64,000 nt of DNA from an uncultured virus (IMG/VR IMGVR_UViG_3300020189_000007) (Duplodnaviria > Heunggongvirae > Uroviricota > Caudoviricetes): IMG/VR virus record IMGVR_UViG_3300020189_000007; one strand, written 5' to 3'. A program made the position numbers and the translations under genes. The notes under the pieces are model-generated. The model ran no database searches, had not been told where the DNA came from, and was given only the letters and a program-made list of their open reading frames with translations. Positions 39,435 through 47,020 of this stretch are shown here, piece by piece (the first letter of the stretch is position 1; each line of letters opens with the position of its first letter).

Positions 39435-41971
39435 TACAGCCTCTTAATCTTAGTGAAGCTCGACAATGACAAGGTCTTCAAGGCGCTAAAAGCTTTGATT
39501 GATCGACTATAGATAGGAGAGAGCTCTTCATAGGCCAAGTTTATTGGTTGTATTACGTATTTATAGTTCACGGCATAATCTTTGCTGTAATGTCTATAAT
39601 AAAACTCAGAAGTTGAATCATCACAATGTACAGTATCTATTAATACTCTACCACCGGAAGAGATAACGTATATCTTGAAATGGTCGATCGTGTTTGCTTG
39701 AGACGTTTTCCAGACTAAACGATTAAAGCTCTTGTAGTTTTCTATCCTAAGTGTATTGTCGTCTCTAGAAGACAGCGGAAATCTTATTTCATGAACCACT
39801 TGGACATCTGTACGACCAGCGACCACTGGGTCGGACGGTTCAAGACGAGAAGGCCGTGTCTTGTCCTGCTGCCGCTGTGTGGACTGTAGTGTAGCTCTAC
39901 TTAACGATAGCGGGTTCTGGAACTTTGAAACCTTCCTTGAAAAGGATTGTAGCGTCCTTATATCAACATCACTTCTTGTCAGAGTCGGAAACAAAGACTC
40001 GGCAGAGGCAATAAGAGCCGTAAAAATGTACGTGTATTCTGTTCCAGGCTCTGGTGGCTTCACATTTTTTTCTTCTCTTTTTTCAGGATTATCGAAAAAC
40101 TCACCAGCTTGGACTACGCCAAAGCTCTCTTCCTCTCCTGTCTTAGAATTTCGGCGTTCGACTAAGAAACTTATTAACGACTCGAACTTATCACGATCTT
40201 GGATCAAATTATTATCGAATAACGATTTCTGACCTCCTGACTCCAGCGTATTTCTGACTTCAGAGAAGCCGAATTCAGTGAATGTGGCAGACAGCTCGAA
40301 TGACAGCTCGGCAGAAGCCGGTTCGGCGGACACTATCTTTGGAGCAGTGACAGACATTCTGACTTTTTCTCTTGAGGGAGAGATAGGGATCTCAAGAATT
40401 GCAGAAGAACCCACGATTTCACGACCTGCCTTGGTTACACCTACAGGTACGAAGCTGTAGGTTCTTCCTGTTTTGGTTGCCAAATCTGTGAAAGACACAG
40501 ACGAATTTGGACCGAGCTGTTCAACACCAAGTGTTTGTAGATCTGGTGTACTTCCGACGTATACAAATCCGGAGCCGGTTGATGCCTTTCTCTTAGCGTC
40601 AGATGCGGTCGTCAAATCGTACCTTCTCAACATCACTGTAACAACGTCATCTGGTATATCTTTTACCATGACTTTGACGAATGTGTTTGAGCCGCTGGTC
40701 GTCATTCGTGGAACAGCTGTCAAAGCTCCCGTCTGCTTTACTGCAAACTGTTTTAAAGGCAAAACGACTGTAGAGGCGAACTTCTCGGAAGGCTTAGAAT
40801 TTTCTCCGTATGCTACAGCTCTATAGAGCACTGGCCTGGAGGTACTTATCTCATCCTTAAAAGCTACCTCAGCGCTACCCTCTATAGAAGAATTATAAAC
40901 AATACTCCACGCAGATCCAGAATCAGTACCTCCCTCTACAGGCGCAGTAAGTCGTCGAAATACTTTCAGGGTTTTGGCCATCCTATCACGGGGCGGGGTG
41001 ATTCTCACAGAAATTGCGCCAGGTTTGATATATTCGGCCTCAAGCTTAGGAGCAGCATTGGGAGTAATAAACGTATTCAGTATCCTTGCATGGGGAATAA
41101 CACATGACGCTTCATCTACTTTGATTCCTTTTTTATTCTCAAGTTCAAGCTTCAAGAAGAATGATGAAGCATCTACAAGTCTATTTCTCGAGATCCTTAA
41201 AACAAAATCTACTTTTTTCTGTCGTGGAGAAACACGAACAATAGGAAGAGCTTGAAGAGCTGTTGGTGGTGTAAAGACAAAACTTGAAGCTAGCGATTGT
41301 AACGGCTTAGACAGAGTCTTAAGAGAAACTAAAGACGACGAATTTATAGACGCAGGATCTTTTTTTGACTTTAAAATGCTTTTTGAAAATTTGGGGGAGC
41401 TTGGTACTTTAGCGTTTGGTGTTTGATTCACTGTTGTGCTTAAATTACTTTTTTTAGCACTCTTAGAAGCCTTCTTCTTAAATGGGTTAATGCCAGGAGT
41501 CGATGTGACGATAGAAGCCTTGACGTTTTGCGTAAATGGATCTAGTGGTTTCACCACAGTTGATAAAGCAGAAATGCTATTTAGCTGTTGCCTGGTCAAG
41601 CTTGCTAGTTTTGCGTTTGCGAGGTCATTGCTGATGTATTTTGACACATCAACACGGGTTCTGGCTATGATTTGCTCACGGCGTTTTTTTGCATTGCGGC
41701 GAACTTTTTTCTCTAACCTTTTAGTCTTTCTTTTCCAGCGGCGTGGAGAAGTAACTTTTCTTTCAGCAAGATTCTCATCAGGCTTTTTCTTATACACAAA
41801 TGCATTAAGGTTATAAGAATCATTCTGTATGACGGCGTCTACGTCAAGCATTACAGTCACACGATAAAAAATGATATCAGAATCTTCACGAAATATGATA
41901 TTTCTGATCTCAGCAGGATGAGAAGGCAGAGTGATAATATCCTCTTCTAGAACTGGGGCTCTTAGTAACAT
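39434..41971 (-). CDS. Large basic protein with FN3/Ig-like segments (845 aa)
   Basis: SFTD...GRTYSF, PGTEYTYIF and LVW...DHFKIY...YKYVIQP patterns. Lys/Arg-rich N-terminal region. Confidence 0.65.
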   Translation of the reverse strand: MLLRAPVLEEDIITLPSHPAEIRNIIFREDSDIIFYRVTVMLDVDAVIQNDSYNLNAFVYKKKPDENLAERKVTSPRRWKRKTKRLEKKVRRNAKKRREQIIARTRVDVSKYISNDLANAKLASLTRQQLNSISALSTVVKPLDPFTQNVKASIVTSTPGINPFKKKASKSAKKSNLSTTVNQTPNAKVPSSPKFSKSILKSKKDPASINSSSLVSLKTLSKPLQSLASSFVFTPPTALQALPIVRVSPRQKKVDFVLRISRNRLVDASSFFLKLELENKKGIKVDEASCVIPHARILNTFITPNAAPKLEAEYIKPGAISVRITPPRDRMAKTLKVFRRLTAPVEGGTDSGSAWSIVYNSSIEGSAEVAFKDEISTSRPVLYRAVAYGENSKPSEKFASTVVLPLKQFAVKQTGALTAVPRMTTSGSNTFVKVMVKDIPDDVVTVMLRRYDLTTASDAKRKASTGSGFVYVGSTPDLQTLGVEQLGPNSSVSFTDLATKTGRTYSFVPVGVTKAGREIVGSSAILEIPISPSREKVRMSVTAPKIVSAEPASAELSFELSATFTEFGFSEVRNTLESGGQKSLFDNNLIQDRDKFESLISFLVERRNSKTGEEESFGVVQAGEFFDNPEKREEKNVKPPEPGTEYTYIFTALIASAESLFPTLTRSDVDIRTLQSFSRKVSKFQNPLSLSRATLQSTQRQQDKTRPSRLEPSDPVVAGRTDVQVVHEIRFPLSSRDDNTLRIENYKSFNRLVWKTSQANTIDHFKIYVISSGGRVLIDTVHCDDSTSEFYYRHYSKDYAVNYKYVIQPINLAYEELSPIYSRSIKAFSALKTLSLSSFTKIKRL

Positions 41972-42909
41972 TAATCAAACACCACCGTAAATAGGTTTAA
42001 GAAAGTCTTATCGCCAGTGGAATCATCCATCAGCTTGCCGACGAAGAAAACATGTTTTCCAGGAGAGAATGGGTCGGCATCGGCAAATTCACCAAAATCT
42101 ATCATTCGAAGCTTTTCCACGCTAGAACTCGTTATTTCCCATACTTGGCAAACTAAATTATTTTGAGGGCTTGTGTTTTCAAAAACAACTTCAGCAGGGG
42201 GACCAACACCTGACCACTCATTGCTACTAAGCCCTTCAAGCTCTATTCTAAGATCTTCATAAGAAAGCGGAGCTGGCTGCTGTAGTCTCGGAAAGTCTTT
42301 AAGTACCTTCCCAGACACTTTATTCACAGGTGGCAAGAATTGAAAGTTTCTAACATGAGTCAGTTTCTTATCCTGCCACAGACTTTCAGCGTTCTCAAGC
42401 AAGATTTCTTTTGGTGCAGCTTGAGACAAGGGAAACGTAGAATTTACCTCAAAGACGTTAGATTCAAGACTTAGCTCAAATCCAGTTGTTCTCTGTATAG
42501 CTTCTTCAGAGCGTAATGGGCGAATGTCACTAAAAGATTGCATCGAATCAGATATAGCAACAGACGCAGAAGCGACTAGCGATGATCCCTTTAGAAGCGT
42601 ATCAGATCCAGTTAATATAGATAATTGACCATTGACCAAGTCAAATCCGTCAGTCGGATATAACATTCCTCCGTCCGCATCATACTCAGGTATCACCAAG
42701 TCTTGGTGGCGGTTTGCTGCTTCAAATTGAATTCTAGAAGTTACCTCGCTAGCAACCCTGGGGTTGGATATGTCTGTATCATAAAACGTGCCATAGTCAG
42801 AGAAAGTAGCAAACGAAAAACGAAGCTCACCTTTCGCTAGCTCTTGCCTGCCACGATCAGTTAAGAACGTATCAACAAACCTTGTCTTTTTGTCTAGTAT
42901 TCCAGCCAT
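41971..42909 (-). CDS. Structural protein, paralog of 33307-34014
   Basis: GILDKKTRFVDTFLTDRGRQELA matches GFLDNSTNNIIVDAVLTDYGRELLA. Confidence 0.65.
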   Translation of the reverse strand: MAGILDKKTRFVDTFLTDRGRQELAKGELRFSFATFSDYGTFYDTDISNPRVASEVTSRIQFEAANRHQDLVIPEYDADGGMLYPTDGFDLVNGQLSILTGSDTLLKGSSLVASASVAISDSMQSFSDIRPLRSEEAIQRTTGFELSLESNVFEVNSTFPLSQAAPKEILLENAESLWQDKKLTHVRNFQFLPPVNKVSGKVLKDFPRLQQPAPLSYEDLRIELEGLSSNEWSGVGPPAEVVFENTSPQNNLVCQVWEITSSSVEKLRMIDFGEFADADPFSPGKHVFFVGKLMDDSTGDKTFLNLFTVVFD

Positions 42910-42920
42910 ACCCTTAAGTA

Positions 42921-43451
42921 TTACTCACTAGAATCTTCACCACCCTGTATTTGCCTATATTGCTTGAGGGTTAGGGGTGGACGTGTTCCTGGCTTTCTCC
43001 GGATCGCGGAGTTTTTACTTGGCTCAGGAATTGTTCCGTCAAGAACACCTTGTACGATATCAGGTTCATATTGCACGATATCAGATTGCGGAAGAAGGTC
43101 GCTCTCTTGTTCAGGCTCTGCTGTTTGTAACGACCAATCTACATACATAGACCTCATTTCTTCGAAACGTTTTATTTCTTGATCAAGAGCGCCGAGATCA
43201 CCGTGAGCAGTGTTCCAAGAACTCACAAGGACGGGAGCAACCTGCTTCATCACTGACGCAAACTCAGCTTTAATCAGCGCTGGATCGTCTTCAAGGTCAT
43301 TAATCTGTTCTATAGCGCCTAACAGTTGCTCGTTAACTCGGTGTACGTGGAACATAAAATCAGAAGCATTTTTTTCCAGTGTCTCCCGACTAGCTCTTAA
43401 AGTCGCCAACTTTTCATCAATCACATCTGTAAAATCCATACATAACTCCAT
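42921..43451 (-). CDS. Hypothetical coiled-coil protein
   Basis: 176-aa ORF. The true start may be ATG 43439, which follows a GGAG. Confidence 0.65.
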   Translation of the reverse strand: MELCMDFTDVIDEKLATLRASRETLEKNASDFMFHVHRVNEQLLGAIEQINDLEDDPALIKAEFASVMKQVAPVLVSSWNTAHGDLGALDQEIKRFEEMRSMYVDWSLQTAEPEQESDLLPQSDIVQYEPDIVQGVLDGTIPEPSKNSAIRRKPGTRPPLTLKQYRQIQGGEDSSE

Positions 43452-43471
43452 CTAGATAGATTACACGTTGA

Positions 43472-43500
43472 ATTATAACTATCTTTTAGAACAGTATAAA
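43472..43500 (-). promoter_or_regulatory. Sigma70-like promoter overlapping an ATAGTTA motif
   Basis: Minus strand TTTATA-17 nt-TATAAT, directly after the terminator. ATAGTTA at 43476-43482. Confidence 0.5.
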
Positions 43501-43504
43501 AAGC

Positions 43505-43554
43505 AAAAAAAAACGGGTGGGAGACAAGCTCCCACCCGAAAAACCGAAGTTTTT
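43505..43554 (-). terminator. C(UUCG)G hairpin plus intrinsic terminator after the 468-aa gene
   Basis: Minus strand aaaaaCTTCGGttttt (43539-43554), then a perfect 10-bp stem cgggtgggag/ctcccacccg (43514-43538) followed by U9. Confidence 0.9.
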
Positions 43555-43574
43555 AACTAACTAGCTGTAAGCTA

Positions 43575-44981
43575 TTACTTACGCTCGATTGCAACAACCA
43601 AGTCGTCCGCGAGAATCGCGAACTTGAAGTCAATCTGACCAGTAGTTGTGTTAAGAACATAGTCGTCGCTAGAACCAGAACGCAGAAGTTGACCGTTGAC
43701 GTAAACGTCAAGCTCGTTCTTCTTGAGCGAGTTCCAACCGCTAAGAGTGGTGTTATCACCCTCAACGTAAGCAACGACAACTGGCCAAGAACCAGCGCTC
43801 TCAGAAACGTCAGCACTGAGCTTGTTCTCCATGAGAGTAGGCTGAGTGCCTGTCAAGCTAACGTTAAGAGCGTTGATAGCGCCGAGGAGCGACGAGCCAG
43901 GGAAGTTGCTCTCGAAAGTAGCACCGTCGGTTCCTGCTGCAAACGCAAGAGCACCGTTGTAACCACCGTGAGCACCGCTGTCAGTCTCGACATGAAGACC
44001 AGATGCACCGGTGAGGTACAAGCCAGCCTGCGTAGCCTTGAGCTCAACACCCATAGAAGCGTGGTCAGATACAACAGAAGCACCACCAGTACCAGTCAAG
44101 AAGAGAGCCGCATCAGACTCTACAATCATTGTGGTACCGTCAATCTTGACTCTCGCGATGTCCTCAGCGAACTGAAGTTGTGCAGCGCTGTTGACCATCT
44201 CCATAGCTGAACCGGTAACAACGAGGCTTGATCCAACGTGGAGGTCACCGGCGATACCAGCACCGCCAGAAACTCTAAGAGCACCCTGATCGGATTCAGC
44301 AGCAGCTGAGGAGTCTGTGACCTTTACAGGAACCACAGCGAAGGTCGAGAAGCTCTCGTCGAATTGAGCGTGGGTTTGTGAGTTAACGCTAAGGTGAACA
44401 CTAGCACCCGACTGCTTAGCAGCAATGTTAATGCGACCACCACCAGAGTAATCAGCTTCAAGGTCAAGCCAAGCACCACCGTCGATGACGGATGAGCTAC
44501 CACCAGTTGTGTTAGCAGAAACGAGTGAGAAGGTTCCAGCAGAATCTATATCAATACCACCAGCAGTGGCGTTGAGACGGATAGCGTCGGAGTCTACAGA
44601 ATCAGCAGTAATGTTAACACCCAAGAGGGCGTCAATATCAACACCACCCTGCTCAGAATCAATCTTCATCGAATCAGAAGCACTACCTGCAGCAGCAAGG
44701 TGAACTTGGTAGTTTGAGTCAAGGTAGATCTTCTGGCTGCTACCTTGTGACTCAAGAACGATGTCGTTGGTAGCGTGAGCAATCTTACCGATTGTCTGGT
44801 TACCGAACTCAGCGGCACCGTGAAGGTTGGTAAGAGCCTGAGCGTAGTACTTCAGGATACCCTCAAGGTCATCAGCATTGAATGCTGCTGCTGCACCCTG
44901 TGTAGAAACACCGGTCACTCCGGACTTAATAGAAGCAAGTGAACCGGTAAGTTGTTGTAATCTAATTTGTGTACTAGACAT
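43575..44981 (-). CDS. Probable abundant virion protein (fibre or decoration-like, 468 aa)
   Basis: Short beta-strand repeats (GGVDIDA, GGIDIDS, GGRINIAA) and a C-terminal DVYVNGQLL..G..DDY domain. It has its own promoter motif and terminator. Confidence 0.65.
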   Translation of the reverse strand: MSSTQIRLQQLTGSLASIKSGVTGVSTQGAAAAFNADDLEGILKYYAQALTNLHGAAEFGNQTIGKIAHATNDIVLESQGSSQKIYLDSNYQVHLAAAGSASDSMKIDSEQGGVDIDALLGVNITADSVDSDAIRLNATAGGIDIDSAGTFSLVSANTTGGSSSVIDGGAWLDLEADYSGGGRINIAAKQSGASVHLSVNSQTHAQFDESFSTFAVVPVKVTDSSAAAESDQGALRVSGGAGIAGDLHVGSSLVVTGSAMEMVNSAAQLQFAEDIARVKIDGTTMIVESDAALFLTGTGGASVVSDHASMGVELKATQAGLYLTGASGLHVETDSGAHGGYNGALAFAAGTDGATFESNFPGSSLLGAINALNVSLTGTQPTLMENKLSADVSESAGSWPVVVAYVEGDNTTLSGWNSLKKNELDVYVNGQLLRSGSSDDYVLNTTTGQIDFKFAILADDLVVAIERK

Positions 44982-45111
44982 AGTTTTTCCTTTGAGCGCT
45001 TAAAGCGCTTAGTTATGTTTAGACAAACTCACTAACTAACTAACTAAGGAACGAAACTATACAAACTAACGACGTGAGGAGACCTCACGATTTTAAATAT
45101 ACAGAAGAAAT

Positions 45112-45336
45112 CTATTTAACAAGATTTTTTAAATTTTTTAGAGATGCATCAAATTTTGCAAAATCGCTATTCACATACTTTATTGATAGAGACTCGCATT
45201 CAGACTTACCCTCGAAAACAAAAGAAAATCTACTTTTTTCGCGACCAGCGACTAAAAGAGGACACCCCTTGACTAAAAGAAAAGCAGCAAGGCCTAAGTC
45301 TGCTGTCTCAAAAATATTGGATTCTTTTTCCTGCAT
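45112..45336 (-). CDS. Small protein resembling DUF5659
   Basis: TADLGLAAFLLVKG...FSFVF...LKNLK pattern, recalled from that family and unverified. AGGAG SD and ATAGTTA motif upstream. Confidence 0.55.
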   Translation of the reverse strand: MQEKESNIFETADLGLAAFLLVKGCPLLVAGREKSRFSFVFEGKSECESLSIKYVNSDFAKFDASLKNLKNLVK

Positions 45337-45403
45337 TACGCTCTCCTAAAAACTTTCCGATTACCAGAATCTTGACGCTTGTGGATTCTTTATTAACTAT
45401 TAT

Positions 45404-47020
45404 CTAAGTGACTTTGAAGACAACGATATCGACAACATCGTCAACTTTCATATCAAAAGAAAACTTAAGACTGCTAGCACTATCTATGTAGTAATCACGC
45501 TCGGAGGCATTTATTTGTGTCTGCGACCCACTGTGTAATAACATCCCATTCACAAAAACGTCGATTTTATCTTGATCGTATTGCGCTTCTGAGAAGTCGG
45601 TGGACGGGGTAGAAAAGCTCGTTCCAGCTGGTATACTAGAGGACAAAAAATAGATGCCTTTGCTTCTGTCTACTGGAAAGGATCCAGTTACTGCTCCCTG
45701 GAACTCTACGGGGCCCGTAAACACTGAGCCGGTAAGGGTCGCGACAACAGAGTCGTCAATATCAATAGTAAAGTTTCCTCCAGCTCCAGCGTCGGTAGAG
45801 TTGAGACCGGTCCCAGCTACGAATGCACGTTCACTTGTCAGTGAGCCAGTGGTCGAAAGAACTAGATATTCAGCATTGGAATCTCCACCTCCTGATCCCG
45901 ATGACCCAGATGAGACCCTAGATATAATAGTGTCAACATAATCATCTTGGAAAAGCGCAAACGCAAAACTTATAGACCCAGAAGTCATGATAGTATAGTC
46001 AATAGTCTCTGCTGTGACCTCAGCTTGAGTACCTGAATGCATCAGCGTGCCATTAAGAAAAACATCAATCAAGTCAGGATTATACGAGACCTCTGAGAAG
46101 TCCGTTAAGTCTGTTATAAATTCTGTTTTTGCAGGGTGCGATGAAGTGAGGAGATATCGCCTCTTACTACGACCATCAATTCCGCCAGCCGCTGTTGTTG
46201 AAGATATCGTTATTGAATTGGAACCGGTTGTAATAGAAATACCGGGTCCAGCTTCTATCAACTTAGCATTGGGTAACGAGCCTGTTAGGCTAGTGACCAT
46301 GTACTCTGCATTAGCGTCACCTGATCCTCCTCCAGATACGTTAATATCTTCTATCACCTCGGTTATCATGTCGCCGACATAGATGAAGGCCCGAGCATAT
46401 AGAGGAACAGTAGAAGCATCGTAATCCTGTACAAATAGGACGCCGTTGAATGTGTCTAGCTGATAATCAATCTCTGCTTCAAGAGGGATGATGTTTGGAT
46501 CAGTAGCTGGATTAGGACCAGGCGTACCTTTGTATAGGGTTACTGCATACGGATTAGGACGATCAACAGAGAATACTGGTGGTACAATTTGTACCCGACC
46601 CAGAGATCCAGTCAAGACCGCACCATTATCAAAAACCCCTAATCCCTTCTTCGGATTAGAACTAAGAGCCTCGTAATTTGAAGGTAGGGATAAAGCATAA
46701 CCGTGAGGGCCGTTATTAGACGGCGAAGGTCCAGCACCAGAGTCTATAGAGTCAGCATCATAAGATGTACCGCTTATACTGGTTATATCAAATTGGACAT
46801 ATTCGATTGTTCCGGGCAAGCCCGCGCTAGCACTCTGTATCAAATACAGCGTCTTTTCGGGCTCTGACGGAATCTCCTGACCAAACGTGGTTTGGGCGGC
46901 AGGTTGAATATTGGTCGTGATCGTCTCTTGAGCATCCGACTTAAGAATACTAGTATGCGCTTTGTTCAGAAGTTTCTTCTGAGCAAACAGCGTAGCAGTA
47001 GTATTACTCTTTCCCGCCAT
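45404..47020 (-). CDS. Fibre-associated structural protein (538 aa)
   Basis: Two copies of a TDFSE..Y..D.IDVF.NG.L.HSG domain, plus an AEYLVLSTT...VVATLTGS module shared with 47020-54273. Confidence 0.7.
   Translation of the reverse strand: MAGKSNTTATLFAQKKLLNKAHTSILKSDAQETITTNIQPAAQTTFGQEIPSEPEKTLYLIQSASAGLPGTIEYVQFDITSISGTSYDADSIDSGAGPSPSNNGPHGYALSLPSNYEALSSNPKKGLGVFDNGAVLTGSLGRVQIVPPVFSVDRPNPYAVTLYKGTPGPNPATDPNIIPLEAEIDYQLDTFNGVLFVQDYDASTVPLYARAFIYVGDMITEVIEDINVSGGGSGDANAEYMVTSLTGSLPNAKLIEAGPGISITTGSNSITISSTTAAGGIDGRSKRRYLLTSSHPAKTEFITDLTDFSEVSYNPDLIDVFLNGTLMHSGTQAEVTAETIDYTIMTSGSISFAFALFQDDYVDTIISRVSSGSSGSGGGDSNAEYLVLSTTGSLTSERAFVAGTGLNSTDAGAGGNFTIDIDDSVVATLTGSVFTGPVEFQGAVTGSFPVDRSKGIYFLSSSIPAGTSFSTPSTDFSEAQYDQDKIDVFVNGMLLHSGSQTQINASERDYYIDSASSLKFSFDMKVDDVVDIVVFKVT

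Larger units (their letters stand above)
1391..45400 (-). promoter_or_regulatory. Dispersed candidate late-promoter motif ATA[G/T/C]TTA (14 sites listed, not a contiguous feature)
   Basis: 7-mers with plus-strand starts at 1391, 1692, 3452, 6560, 9791, 12999, 16996, 18459, 22701, 34038, 42915, 43476, 45094 and 45394. All are in the same orientation, upstream of a minus-strand start codon. Confidence 0.7.
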
